From the NCBI GenBank assembly GCA_964558645.1, contig CAZLEV010000002.1, positions 1-64,000 on the forward strand: DNA of 64,000 nucleotides, read 5' to 3'. Position 1 is the stretch's first letter. Each line of letters starts with the position of its first letter. This DNA is from an uncultured archaeon (GTDB taxonomy: Archaea > Asgardarchaeota > Thorarchaeia > Thorarchaeales > Thorarchaeaceae). A model generated the notes under the pieces. That model was not told where the DNA came from and searched no databases. It worked only from the letters and a program-made list of their open reading frames with translations. This document shows positions 10,194-20,933 of the stretch, in pieces. The position numbers and the translations under genes are program-made.

Positions 10194-11567
10194 TCAGGTT
10201 GTTTCTCGTCTATCCAGGACCGCAAGAACGCCTCTTGCTGAGTTGGCTGCCTGCTGTAGACCAACTCCAGAACCGGCTGTATCAGTTCCAACTATGTAGA
10301 GTCCGTCGATAGGAGTCTCGGGACCGGGTCTGTCTAAATCTGTCTGTCCGGGAACAAGCGCGGCACGTGTTGCATAAGACGTCTGTATATGTTCCATCTC
10401 AATATGCTGGAGCACTTCTGGATAGTACTTCGCTATACCGTTCTTCTTGACAAGATCGACTACCTCTCTCGTGGTCAGACCCTCAGGCAGAATTGTGGCA
10501 GCGGCTAGAAGCTCTTTGCCTTCAGGGGCACAAGAGGGATCGAAACTGCTCAATGAGATGAGCCAAGTGTTTGGTTCCGGATAGACAATCACTCGGGATT
10601 TGCGATCTCCGATGATGACCTCGTCCAGACCCCACCAGACGGTAACTCCTTGTGTGTGTATCATTGTGCTCCATTTATCGAAGAATGCCCTTGTCTCTCT
10701 GTGGGTATCAGATATGATGTCCGGCATAGACCAGAGGGGAATATTGCTCACAATCAGATTATGTTCCAGTGCTACACCACCGGCCTCTAGACCAACAACC
10801 TTCCCGTTCTCTTCAAGAATACGCGTGACGGGTGTATCGAGTACAAAATCACCTGCAATGCAGTCCCTGACACGTTCGATGAGTCCCTTCATGCCTCCGA
10901 TAACATAGCCCTCATCATACTCGTCACTGCCGAGAAGGAGTCTCTTTGCAGAGCCAATCTTCGAGGATTCCTTGTCAGTGTCTTTTAGTGTCCGCAAGGC
11001 CTCATAGGCCGATGCTTCGTCAATGCCCACCCCTGCGGCCATGTAGATAGCGCTCTGCATGACATCGAGGATCACTTGGTTCGTTGCACCTTTCGACTTC
11101 ATGAACTCCAGGAAGGTGATGTCTTTATACTTCTTCATCTCTTCCAGTTTCATTGTTTTGATCTTTGCACCGATGCGTGCCAAGCCAAGTCGACCACGAG
11201 GGCCGGTCAGTGGCCAGCGGAGGGTCTCTCCGATGCTGCTGGGGATAGTCCCAACCTTCTCGTGCACGCGAAAGAACCAGCCCTCGTGAAGGACAAACTC
11301 AGGGGGAGGGTCAAGGTGTGTCCTCATGAAATCAGCAAAGGCTCCTTGTTTGACACGAGTGATGATATGCAGTCCTTGATCCACGCGATACCCATCAACG
11401 TGATAACCGTACCACACTCCACCAATATGGTCTTCCTTCTCGATGACTAGGACCTTCTTTTCTCTAGCGGACAACCCGAGAGCAGTGAGCAAACCACCAG
11501 CCCCTGCACCGGCGATAATAACATCATACTCACTGGTGTCGACTTGATCGATTATTGTCTGTTTCAT
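10194..11567 (-). CDS. FAD-dependent oxidoreductase, phytoene desaturase-like
   Basis: GAGAGG Rossmann motif, EKEDHIGG, TPIDGLYIVG; start uncertain. Confidence 0.85.
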   Translation of the reverse strand: MKQTIIDQVDTSEYDVIIAGAGAGGLLTALGLSAREKKVLVIEKEDHIGGVWYGYHVDGYRVDQGLHIITRVKQGAFADFMRTHLDPPPEFVLHEGWFFRVHEKVGTIPSSIGETLRWPLTGPRGRLGLARIGAKIKTMKLEEMKKYKDITFLEFMKSKGATNQVILDVMQSAIYMAAGVGIDEASAYEALRTLKDTDKESSKIGSAKRLLLGSDEYDEGYVIGGMKGLIERVRDCIAGDFVLDTPVTRILEENGKVVGLEAGGVALEHNLIVSNIPLWSMPDIISDTHRETRAFFDKWSTMIHTQGVTVWWGLDEVIIGDRKSRVIVYPEPNTWLISLSSFDPSCAPEGKELLAAATILPEGLTTREVVDLVKKNGIAKYYPEVLQHIEMEHIQTSYATRAALVPGQTDLDRPGPETPIDGLYIVGTDTAGSGVGLQQAANSARGVLAVLDRRETT

Positions 11568-11622
11568 GGCCGCGCAGGCAGTCATTGAGTTACTACTTAA
11601 GATTGTCTCATGGTCAGATTTG

Positions 11623-12711
11623 TCAGATGATATCAATCCATTTCCTATTATCAGCTGATGTATAGGCCGCATCCACGACACGATGTGCTGCAACAGCGTC
11701 TCTGAAATCCGGAGTGAATGACGCGTCCTCTCGGACTGACTTGAGAAACGCGTAGTCAAGAGCTGTATATCTTTCGGTTCCAACTGATGTGAGTGTTTCC
11801 GCTGCATCAGAAGTCAGCTCGTCCTCCTCGAATCCCAGGTTTGACAGAAGCACTGAGTTGGCCGTTTCAGGCCATATCCTGACAGGCCCTCGCCCCTGTA
11901 AGTGATACTCCAAGTATCTCTTTGCAGACTCGAGACAGACACGAATATAGCCCTTCTCGAAGAAGAACTCGATGAATCGCTCATTGGGACGTTCCACCCA
12001 GTGCCAGACAGAATCTAGTGTTGAGACAGCGCCATTGGTATGTTTCATGATAATCGAGGCATGATCCTCAACTTCTCGACCTGAATAGAATCCTGTCGTT
12101 GCAGCTAGAGAGTCAACCTCGCCGAAGAAGCATCGCAGGATGTCTATGTCGTGAATACTGTGTTCAATGAGCGTGCCACCTCCAGCTATCGAGTGGTCGC
12201 CTCGCCATTTGCTGTAGTACATGTAGTCCACAGGAAAACGTTGGTCGTCCCGAATATGGGCCACCATAGGAGTACCGAAGTCATGACTCTTTATCAAGTG
12301 CTTTGCATAGTGTAGAAACTGGTCGTATCGAAGAACAAGCCCCACTCCGGTACGAACCTTAGCGTCATTAGTCACAGCCAAGAGGTCTCCGGCTTGAAGA
12401 GAACTATGGGCAAGGGGCTTCTCGCAGAAGACCGGTTTCCCTTCCTTTGCGGCCGCTTTCACCATATCAGAGTGTATGTTCGTGGGAGTACAGATGTACA
12501 CCAAGTCAACAGCCTCATCTGCAATAAGTTCCGTGTACTCTGTGAAGACCTTGTCAACATCAAAGAGCTCTGCTGCAGATTCAAGTGATTTCTCATCTAT
12601 GTCACAGATTCCTGCAATATCTACGTCAAGAAGACCTGACTCTCGAAGAGCAAGAAAAGCAGTGAGATGAGTGCGGCCGATGTTCCCTGTACCAATTAAG
12701 CCCAGCTGCAT
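11623..12711 (-). CDS. Gfo/Idh/MocA-family oxidoreductase
   Basis: GLIGTGNIG, CEKP, GGGTLIEHSIHDID. Confidence 0.92.
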   Translation of the reverse strand: MQLGLIGTGNIGRTHLTAFLALRESGLLDVDIAGICDIDEKSLESAAELFDVDKVFTEYTELIADEAVDLVYICTPTNIHSDMVKAAAKEGKPVFCEKPLAHSSLQAGDLLAVTNDAKVRTGVGLVLRYDQFLHYAKHLIKSHDFGTPMVAHIRDDQRFPVDYMYYSKWRGDHSIAGGGTLIEHSIHDIDILRCFFGEVDSLAATTGFYSGREVEDHASIIMKHTNGAVSTLDSVWHWVERPNERFIEFFFEKGYIRVCLESAKRYLEYHLQGRGPVRIWPETANSVLLSNLGFEEDELTSDAAETLTSVGTERYTALDYAFLKSVREDASFTPDFRDAVAAHRVVDAAYTSADNRKWIDII

Positions 12712-12874
12712 GCTGGTCCGTTCCTTGGTCAATAGGTTTCCCTTATTGGGAGGGCAATACCCCTCAATATATGAGTGTTCTGCGACACGACATAGTACCA
12801 ACTTATATTATGCATCAAGTCCTAGCAAAGACCGAACACGTCAATGTAACAAGTATGCATTGGGTGAGCATTGC

Positions 12875-14668
12875 ATGACCTCGCTTCAAGACGTTCTAAG
12901 GAAGGCATCTGACAAGATAGAACAAGGAGACAGAGAGGGAGCTGCAAGTCTGTTAGTAGAGGCCGGCGAGATCTTGGCCGCAAGGGGTATAGTTGATCGG
13001 GCTGCGCGCGTCTATATCGAGGCGTCAAGAATATACAGAGAGTATCAGAGAGCGTCCGACTACTACGACGCAGTCGAAAAGGGAACGCTCATGCTGATCC
13101 GCCAGGGTGCGAATTCCAAGACCAATGTCGATATTGTTCGAATCAACGAAGAGGCCGGCGAGTTTGCGGAGCAGGAAGAGGAGTATAACCGAGCTGCAGA
13201 TTTCTTCTTCAGAGCAATGGACTTTGCCACTGGTTCCAAGATCATCAAGCTCACCATCAAAGCTGCTGATGCGCTTGAGAACTCTGCAGATGAGAGAGAG
13301 ATGGAGAGGGACTTCGATAAGACTCTCAGCCTGTTGAAGAAGGTTAGTAGGCTCTATTACACTGCCGGTGATGACGAACTTGGAAAGAGAATCAATGAGA
13401 GAGCCATCAGGCTCGCATTGAACTGGGCGGAAGAAGCGCGTCAAAAGGAAGACTGGTTGACAGCCGGTAATCTTCTCGCAGAGGCTGCTCAAATCACTCA
13501 GACCGAGGGAGACAACGTAGAAGCGACAAGGCTCATGATGGACGCCGGGGTCTTCTACGAGAAGATAGGTCTTCACGAGAAGGCCGGGAATATATTCGAT
13601 GCGGCTCAAGAAACCTACAAGATGGAGAGGCTCTCAAGTGCACGGAAAAATGCAATGAGTCAGGCTGCAGAGGCCTACATGAAGATGGACGGTGAGCCCG
13701 AAGTTGTTGGACCGCTCCTTGTGAAAGCGGGAGACATGTTTGATGAGCTGGGGAGGGTCATGAAGGCGAAGTGGTCTTACAAGAAGGCCAGTGAAATCTT
13801 CAAAGAGCTGGCTCACAAGGCTGCTAACGAGGGTGATACCCAGTCAGAGAAGAGCTATCTACGATATCAGGCCATGTGTCTAAGAAACTGGGGTGCCGAA
13901 GAAGAAGCTGAGAAGATCTACACGGCCGTAATCGATTATTTCACCCGGCAGGCGGAGAAGGAACAAGAGACTGGCAATCATGAGAGGCAAGCCCTTTCTC
14001 TAGAAGAGGCCGCAGATGTTATGTATGAGGCGGGAATGAAGCAGAAAGCAGAAGCCACGTTGGAAAATGCTCTGGAGATATACGTCAGATTGGCCAATGA
14101 GCACGCCGCCTCTGATGCACCGGACGAGGAGAGCAAGCTGTTCTCCGAGGCTGCCAAGTGTGCATCCAAAATGGGAGATAGCGAAAGAAGTGCATCTTTC
14201 CGCAGAAAGGCAAGCGAAAGGGCGAGAAGTGCTGCCCAACTCTACCAAGAAATGGGCATTGGCGAGCTCGCGACTATTTGGCTGAGAACAGCCGGTCTTG
14301 AGGCTCTGAAGACACATGAACCAGAGATGAGGGAAAGGGCCATCGAATATCTGAAAGACTCAGCTGAAGGGTTCAGGGCTATAGATGAGGAAATTGAAGC
14401 GTTCAATGATTTGTTTGCAGTCTTCTCGCTCCTTCTTGAGCATAGTCCCGGTGATGATAGAATCAAGGATATTCTCTCATCGATGGATGAGATTGCACTT
14501 ACAACAAGAAGCGAGGAAGCTTCGTTGACTCTTTCGGTGATAAGACCGCTGCTCGAAGGGAATCATATTGCGGCTCTGTTAGCTCTTCAGGAGAATGAGG
14601 AGGAACTAGAATCAAAGGCTGAAACCCTTCGGAGACTAGTTGAGATTGTTAAGAAGAGGCTTCGTTAG
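12875..14668 (+). CDS. Alpha-helical repeat protein, alpha-SNAP/TPR-like
   Basis: Repeated AAxxYxxAAxxY/F helical units over about 600 aa. Confidence 0.75.
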   Translation: MTSLQDVLRKASDKIEQGDREGAASLLVEAGEILAARGIVDRAARVYIEASRIYREYQRASDYYDAVEKGTLMLIRQGANSKTNVDIVRINEEAGEFAEQEEEYNRAADFFFRAMDFATGSKIIKLTIKAADALENSADEREMERDFDKTLSLLKKVSRLYYTAGDDELGKRINERAIRLALNWAEEARQKEDWLTAGNLLAEAAQITQTEGDNVEATRLMMDAGVFYEKIGLHEKAGNIFDAAQETYKMERLSSARKNAMSQAAEAYMKMDGEPEVVGPLLVKAGDMFDELGRVMKAKWSYKKASEIFKELAHKAANEGDTQSEKSYLRYQAMCLRNWGAEEEAEKIYTAVIDYFTRQAEKEQETGNHERQALSLEEAADVMYEAGMKQKAEATLENALEIYVRLANEHAASDAPDEESKLFSEAAKCASKMGDSERSASFRRKASERARSAAQLYQEMGIGELATIWLRTAGLEALKTHEPEMRERAIEYLKDSAEGFRAIDEEIEAFNDLFAVFSLLLEHSPGDDRIKDILSSMDEIALTTRSEEASLTLSVIRPLLEGNHIAALLALQENEEELESKAETLRRLVEIVKKRLR

Positions 14669-14870
14669 CCATCTGAACACCTACGTTGTGGATCATGGGA
14701 CTCTGAACAGCAGAAGGTCACAAGTCCTGATTCAATCATGTTGACTCTCTAGTCTCCAAGAGCACATCTATTTGATTACATGGTCCTGCGATAGGGCTTT
14801 GATAAGGACACTTTCTTCCCCTGTTCGTCACCCACTGTAATCGTTATCAAGGAGAAGCGGATTTTCTTTC

Positions 14871-15302
14871 ATGGTGCAGAATATGGCGACAGAACATACG
14901 ACAATATCATTGGACACTCAAGGCAACTGCCAGATGATTGACATAACAGAACGGCTTGAAGGAGAAGTCAGCTCTAGTGGGTTGGTGGATGGAATATGTA
15001 CCGTGTTCTGTCCAGGTTCAACGGGATCAATCATCACAATCGAGTATGAAGAGGGGCTACTCAAAGATTTCCCAGAGGCGATGGAGCGACTAGCGCCAAA
15101 AGACATTGTCTACGAACATCATTTGAGATGGCATGATGGAAATGGTCACTCACACATTCGCGCCTCAATCGTGGGACCATCAATGACAATTCCATTCGTA
15201 GACAGCCAGCTGACACTGGGAACATGGCAGCAGGTGACCTTTGTGGATTTTGACAACAAGCCGAGAAGGAGAACTCTACACGTCATGATGATGGGAGAAT
15301 AA
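14871..15302 (+). CDS. yjbQ: YjbQ/UPF0047 family protein
   Basis: GNGHSHIRAS, LGTWQ, DFD..PRRR. Confidence 0.92.
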   Translation: MVQNMATEHTTISLDTQGNCQMIDITERLEGEVSSSGLVDGICTVFCPGSTGSIITIEYEEGLLKDFPEAMERLAPKDIVYEHHLRWHDGNGHSHIRASIVGPSMTIPFVDSQLTLGTWQQVTFVDFDNKPRRRTLHVMMMGE

Positions 15303-15303
15303 G

Positions 15304-15579
15304 TCACAGAACTTCATCATCCGAATTGAGATCCCAAATCATATCGACCAGACTCGCTGGTTCAGCCGCAGATTCTCGGATCTTCATGGCCAGATAATGG
15401 ATCCTGAGAGCTCTCCTGAGTCGATGGATCTGAAAAGGTGCATCCCAGCCAGGGGAACTGCTTCGATAACCGAAAGTGTCCATGATCCCGCGGATTGTGT
15501 CAAGCTCCTTCTTCACTTGTGCTTTAACATCATCTATTTCGCGGTCTATGGTCAGTGAGTTAGGCATCGATATATGCAC
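15304..15579 (-). CDS. Small hypothetical protein
   Basis: 91-aa ORF filling the gap downstream of nob1 on the same strand. Confidence 0.5.
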   Translation of the reverse strand: MHISMPNSLTIDREIDDVKAQVKKELDTIRGIMDTFGYRSSSPGWDAPFQIHRLRRALRIHYLAMKIRESAAEPASLVDMIWDLNSDDEVL

Positions 15580-15646
15580 CCCGGCATCCCGAATGGAGGG
15601 TAACTGTCTAAAATAGTCTGTGTGTTCCGCGGGTATTACGCGCCAA

Positions 15647-16171
15647 TCAACGAATTCGCTTCCTCTTGCCAGGTCGTCGCTGCATCAAGGTGCCACAGAT
15701 GGGACATTCCATCTGACGGGGTGCAGTTCTAAGTACTTCTCCACAGGCAGGGCATTTGAAGACCCACTCAATCTTCTCTCGAAATCTATGTGTAGGGTCT
15801 AAGATTCGAAGACCTAGAGAGACCGCAGTATTGAGAATCGCAAAGTCAGTCGAAACAACTGTGATGTCCTTCGACGTTTCAAGCAGAGACACGGCCAAGG
15901 CAAGCAGGTCAAGATCTTGTGGTGATAGCTCGTCTAGGTCACCAGTCTTTAGTGCTTCTTTTTCAGCTATAGATCGCGCATCTGGAGAGGCTTCCTCGAC
16001 TCGAAGGCGGCCCATTGATAGGATCTCGTCTATTCTTCTCCGACTAGGGCGGTTGAGTACTTCATCTATAACTGCCTGAGTTGTTGCTAGGTTCTTGTGG
16101 GGGTTCTTATGGGGCCAAGTGGTAAAGAGTATCCCTGCATCAACAACAAACAGATGAACCACCAACTCCAC
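15647..16171 (-). CDS. nob1: Nob1-like rRNA-processing endonuclease (PIN plus Zn ribbon)
   Basis: VVDAG, TGDLDELSPQD, STDFAILN, CPAC...CPICG. Confidence 0.9.
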   Translation of the reverse strand: MELVVHLFVVDAGILFTTWPHKNPHKNLATTQAVIDEVLNRPSRRRIDEILSMGRLRVEEASPDARSIAEKEALKTGDLDELSPQDLDLLALAVSLLETSKDITVVSTDFAILNTAVSLGLRILDPTHRFREKIEWVFKCPACGEVLRTAPRQMECPICGTLMQRRPGKRKRIR

Positions 16172-17041
16172 CTACTGAGTCCTGGGAACGAGTCGGGTGT
16201 TCAGGCGGTCATAGTAGTTGTCATACATGCGTATGAATCGTGTGACATGTTCTGACTTCTTCATCCACACAGTCTCATGTGGTTCCACTTCCCAACGGTC
16301 CTGCCCATCGATCACAACCAGACTGCGTACACCAGGTTTCACCATCTCAATCTCAAATAAGCTATCATCAGGAACAACCAGTGATTTCAGCTCGAATCGA
16401 GGAGGACAGACGGGAACGAAGATGAACCCGTGAACCCTAGGGGTCAGTATCGATCCTCCAGCTGCTAGAGCATATGCACTTGATCCGCACGGAGTTGCAA
16501 GCATTGCCCCGTCAGCCCTTCCAAAATCGACCCTTGTCCCATCTAGATATACTTGGATTGTCAGAAGGCGCCCGGGTACATAGGATGTGACCAACACCTC
16601 ATTGAGGGCATGACCAAACTCTCGATTTCCGCACCCTGTCTTGAGATTGACGCATCTCTCTATGATGCATTCGTTCTTCAATATCTGTTCAAGAGAGCTG
16701 AGGGCCGTGGTTGTGCTGCTCTCGGTCAAGAATCCAACCGTTCCTCGGTTAATGCAGAACAGGGGAGTTTCACGGTCACTCATATGACGAACCGTATGCA
16801 AGATGGTGCCATCTCCGCCGATGGTGATTGTGAAATCCACACTCATGTCCTCAATCAAAGTCGGTATAGCACCCTTGTCAGCAACATTACAGGAGCCCGA
16901 ATCAACCAATACACGAATGTCATGATTAATCAGAAACTGGGTCACCTGACTGGCAATCTGCTCAATATCGACTCGACCAGGCTTACAGACAAGACCAACG
17001 GTTCGATCCTCGCTAAGGATAGTGGGATTCTCTTCAATCAT
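16172..17041 (-). CDS. nadK: NAD kinase
   Basis: GGDGT, LNE, ADG..ATPCGSSAY..AAGG. Confidence 0.93.
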   Translation of the reverse strand: MIEENPTILSEDRTVGLVCKPGRVDIEQIASQVTQFLINHDIRVLVDSGSCNVADKGAIPTLIEDMSVDFTITIGGDGTILHTVRHMSDRETPLFCINRGTVGFLTESSTTTALSSLEQILKNECIIERCVNLKTGCGNREFGHALNEVLVTSYVPGRLLTIQVYLDGTRVDFGRADGAMLATPCGSSAYALAAGGSILTPRVHGFIFVPVCPPRFELKSLVVPDDSLFEIEMVKPGVRSLVVIDGQDRWEVEPHETVWMKKSEHVTRFIRMYDNYYDRLNTRLVPRTQ

Positions 17042-17189
17042 GAGGACAGCACATCCAAATGGAACTAGAATTGTTGGCAATATTACTCTTGCCGGTTCTG
17101 AAACCGATTGAATGCTGCCCCATAAAGTATATGAATAGAGTCATATGAGGTTCATCAAACTTGTCCTATGTACTGGTTGGTGAACAATA

Positions 17190-17585
17190 TTGAGTATTCG
17201 GAAAGCAGAGGCAAAGACGCTGAAACCAGGAAGCTACTTACTAATTGACGAAGAGCCTTGCCGCGTAATATCTATAGAGAAATCAAAACCCGGAAAACAC
17301 GGAGCAGCAAAGGCAAACATAACAGCAGTAGGCTTCTTTGATGATCGCAAGCGCAATGTGATTATGCCCGCAGACCGTATGGTAGATGTCCCAGTCATAG
17401 ACAAGAGAACAGCCACGGTCATCGCAGATCTCGGCGAGCAGTATCAGCTGATGGATTCTGAAACCTACGAGACTTACAATACTCCCAAGCCAACTGACGA
17501 AGAAATCGCCAGTAAGATGGATCTGAATGCTGAAGTTGAGGTCTGGGAAGTCATGAATAAGAGAGTCATTATGCGCGTCAAGTAG
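17190..17585 (+). CDS. eif5a: Translation factor aIF5A
   Basis: Hypusine-site motif SKPGKHGAAK. Confidence 0.97.
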   Translation: MSIRKAEAKTLKPGSYLLIDEEPCRVISIEKSKPGKHGAAKANITAVGFFDDRKRNVIMPADRMVDVPVIDKRTATVIADLGEQYQLMDSETYETYNTPKPTDEEIASKMDLNAEVEVWEVMNKRVIMRVK

Positions 17586-17851
17586 CTGTACAGTGTCATA
17601 CCTTCGATACATCCAAGAGTGTTGTATCGGCCTTGTGAGCATCTACCGATGTTAGACCAGGCAAGAGCTCCGGAATCCTGCAAATATACCCTCTTTCTAG
17701 TCAAAGTGTAAGATATAAGTGTCAGAAACAGGTTATCTGGATATTAGCAAGAATACCTATATTGAAGTGCTTGCCTATGTTTCAGCACTGGAAGGAGGAA
17801 ACAAGGCGTAAACATGCAATGCGTCATCATACGTGAGCCGTTCCAGAAGTA

Positions 17852-19318
17852 GTGGTGGAGATGAACAGAACTGATATTGGACGGATGGCGCATGAGCTCC
17901 GAAGAACCATCTCGCCTCTGAAGACGATAGCTACATCAATCTCACTAAAGGGATGGCTCATCTACTGCATTGGTTCAATCGCCGGGTTCCTTGTGACCGG
18001 CTGGCAAGTCCATGAGAGGTGGGCTGGAGTCTTCGGCGCCGCATACGCAGCGGCCAACATAGCGGCTTCAATATACATGCTAGGTGTACCGTTCGTCATC
18101 TCTTCCGCCCTGGTCATGACAGAAGCAGGAAGAAGACGAAACTCAGATGAAACCTTCGAGGTGCAGCCGAGCCCCGAAAATCGTTTCCTCCCGAGAGTGA
18201 CATTTCTCTTCATGCTCAATCTCTTCTGCGTTGAGGCATGGACCATCTTCTCATACTACGTCGCTGCTGTTGAGTTTACACACATATTGCCCCTCGATCT
18301 GCTCACCTATCTCCCCGCGGCTCTATTCACCGGTGTATTGACCTCCTTCTTCGTGACGGCCCTGACCTGTGCCCTAGCAACGGCCATGGATGACTGGCGC
18401 CTTGCCCTTGCCACCAACCTGTTCCTCTTCATCGCGATGGCATGGGTCTTTGGGATATCCACGTATCTCAGATCCCCCAGCACTCTTCCATTGTGGGGCC
18501 TCTATCACCTGCATCGGTTTCTTGCCCTCGGACTCGCAGCCGGGATTCAGGACGCGGTGTTCTCTGACCTGTGGACGAATCTCTATACGTCGGGAATGAT
18601 ATTCGGTATGCCTCTATCGCTCCCGGACCTAATACCACCCACACTGACATGGGTAGGGATATCCCTCATTTTGATACCTGCGATGCGGAGCGCCTATCGT
18701 CGGAGCCTAGCACACCAGCGGTTCAGAGGGATTGGGGTAGGCGGGCCAGCCGCGCCTGATGCGGAGCTGAAGACCCCCTTGCTGTCAGATCTCGACGCCG
18801 CCCGCAAGATGCAGAGGAGGATAGTCGCTGTAGGGCTCATCCTGCTCATCCTCGTTGTGCCACAGTTGAACGGCTTCATCGTGGCGCAGGAACAGGAGGA
18901 AAGCATACAGGTCCTCTATCAGAGCCCCGGTGGGGGAGAGGTGGTGACTCTCAATGTGTGGAGATATGACTCCGTTGAGTTCGGCCCTCCCCCCGCAGGC
19001 AAGTACAACTGGTACGGCATCGGGTTTGAGATTCTGGACTGGCACGACAGCCCTCATGAGCTGAAGTGCCGCACGATTTTCAGAGAGATGGGAACAGATG
19101 CATTCGAGTCGTTGAACCAGACCGAGCGTGATGCCCTGTCCGGGACCACTCATCTCCACATAAATCCAGACAGTAACGAACGCGGTGGCGGCTGGTGGAA
19201 CATCCAGTGGAAACACGGACAGTTCCTGTGGGGCGTCAAGTTCCAAGGGAGCGAGAATGAAGATGCAAGTGGACATCTTAGAGTGAGAATCACAGTTCGC
19301 ATTCGCACAGCGACTTAG
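17852..19318 (+). CDS. Multi-pass membrane protein (ABC-2 permease-like) with C-terminal extracellular domain
   Basis: About 7-8 hydrophobic segments, then a soluble beta-rich C-terminus. Confidence 0.6.
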   Translation: MVEMNRTDIGRMAHELRRTISPLKTIATSISLKGWLIYCIGSIAGFLVTGWQVHERWAGVFGAAYAAANIAASIYMLGVPFVISSALVMTEAGRRRNSDETFEVQPSPENRFLPRVTFLFMLNLFCVEAWTIFSYYVAAVEFTHILPLDLLTYLPAALFTGVLTSFFVTALTCALATAMDDWRLALATNLFLFIAMAWVFGISTYLRSPSTLPLWGLYHLHRFLALGLAAGIQDAVFSDLWTNLYTSGMIFGMPLSLPDLIPPTLTWVGISLILIPAMRSAYRRSLAHQRFRGIGVGGPAAPDAELKTPLLSDLDAARKMQRRIVAVGLILLILVVPQLNGFIVAQEQEESIQVLYQSPGGGEVVTLNVWRYDSVEFGPPPAGKYNWYGIGFEILDWHDSPHELKCRTIFREMGTDAFESLNQTERDALSGTTHLHINPDSNERGGGWWNIQWKHGQFLWGVKFQGSENEDASGHLRVRITVRIRTAT

Positions 19319-19566
19319 CCGACCCTCTTCCACCACGAGGCCTGATGGTTGGCGATCCAGCTATGACCACTATAGATGATATCATGAGAAGCAGTACAAG
19401 AAAGTATTTGGTGTCCATGGCGGCGAGGTTTGCCAAATCCAGTAGTCCGTTCAAAAAGAACGGGATGTCGTTTCTAGGTCACAGTAGGGCCCACCGGACA
19501 CTGGTTCCATGGTTGACCAGATCTCCTCTCATTCCTTAACGGAGGATGGCTCGAGTCATGGAATAG

Positions 19567-19654
19567 TGGTGCGGAGGGCGAGATTCGAACTCGCGAACCC
19601 CTACGAGATAGGGATCTGAACCCTACGCCTTTGACCTGGCTTGGCAACCTCCGC
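19567..19654 (-). tRNA. tRNA-Leu(CAG), intronless, CCA encoded
   Basis: Reverse complement GCGGAGG...TAGGG-TTCAGAT-CCCTA, long variable arm, GTTCGAAT, CCTCCGC-A-CCA. Confidence 0.96.
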
Positions 19655-19870
19655 AGAGTTACAACGTTGGGTCGTGAATCCTACCCGCAGGCTGTTTCTT
19701 TTTATCTTTTCGGAGAAGAAGGCGAGAGCGTTTCCTCTCTCTTCTTGTCACGTTGGTTACTCCCCTTGTGTTGTCCCGCTATACACTTGCTCATAGAGGA
19801 TGGGTGAACATTCATAAGTGTGTTACAAATGAACCCAATTCGTGTTACTGAGAAAGGAGATTGAAAATCA

Positions 19871-20302
19871 ATGAGCATAAAGCGGTTTGGCGTTTCGGTG
19901 CCGACCGAGCTGCTAGAGAGATTCGACGAGTTGGTGGAGAAGAAGGGATATGTTGGGCGATCTGAGGCACTCAGAGATGCCATGCGTAACTACATCACAC
20001 AGATTGAGTGGGAATCTGAACAGGGTGGCAAGCACGCAGCGCTGAACATCGTCTACAGACATAAACCAAGCCTGATGGCCAATCTGATTGAGGCTCAGCA
20101 TTCGGCACAAGCACACGTGACATCGACGGTCCACGTACACCTCACCGAGACCCATTGCCTGGAGATTCTTACCATCAGAGGGAATAGAGATGACATTCAG
20201 GCACTGGCTGATGAGATTGGCGGACTCTCAGGCGTTGAATATGTGCGTTTGTTTCCTTTTGCGCTGCTCGATGACGAAGATAATCGCGGGCACCATCACT
20301 AA
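19871..20302 (+). CDS. nikR: NikR-family ribbon-helix-helix regulator
   Basis: RFGVSVP..LL..FD, RSEALRDAMR, HVHL...HCLE. Confidence 0.9.
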   Translation: MSIKRFGVSVPTELLERFDELVEKKGYVGRSEALRDAMRNYITQIEWESEQGGKHAALNIVYRHKPSLMANLIEAQHSAQAHVTSTVHVHLTETHCLEILTIRGNRDDIQALADEIGGLSGVEYVRLFPFALLDDEDNRGHHH

Positions 20303-20606
20303 TCAGTTGATTTCCTTCGATGCGGAATCTAAAGGTGCTTCCTGGCGTCCGAGGAGGGCTTGGATCAAGATACGGGATTAAGTGGGTATCTGCGTCCTCT
20401 CCCAGTCCAACTGCTCTTGCAGGCACTCCCTCTCTCACGGCAATCAAATAGGGCACAAAGAACAATGCTACCCAGACACAGTACCCGTCGGTTTCATCCA
20501 TCCTTACGTCAGCACCGTCAATGACAATCTGATCCCCCGATATGAATGCCTGACAATTTCCACTTGTGTCGTCAACCGTTTTCTTGACTCGTAATGATGA
20601 CACCAA
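20175..20606 (-). pseudogene. Degenerate TIGR04076-like protein; reading frame overlaps the nikR 3' end
   Basis: GNC..F.SGDQIVIDG...ETDGYC...GV...GLG...LDPSPP.TPG resembles the family as recalled; last Cys absent; no stop before nikR. Confidence 0.45.
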
Positions 20607-20933
20607 GGAATAGATTGCTAATGAACATCATGAAGCGGTCCCGGAGTGTTTCTGATCTCAGAGTCTATAGACCAGAACATGGTGACTGTCATTCCGGCTG
20701 GAGAAAGAGAGAGGTGGAGGCTCGAAACTGAGCCTCAGTCCAATAGGACTATTCGCCGTTCAAGGTAAACCATACAAATCTGTACACCGGGGTCTTGTCT
20801 TCCCACGAACGGCACTCGGAACGACTCCGCCAAGTCTTGTATCGTGTCGAGAAGACCTCGAAAGAGCGGCATCATCAATCTGATATGAGCAGCTACACAC
20901 ATACATCCATAATGTCTATGTTCTTTGCGCCTG

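Noticed and set aside
17850-17857. TAGTGGTG match to the tRNA-Leu 3' flank as an att site
   Set aside because: Eight nt only, partly outside the tRNA.
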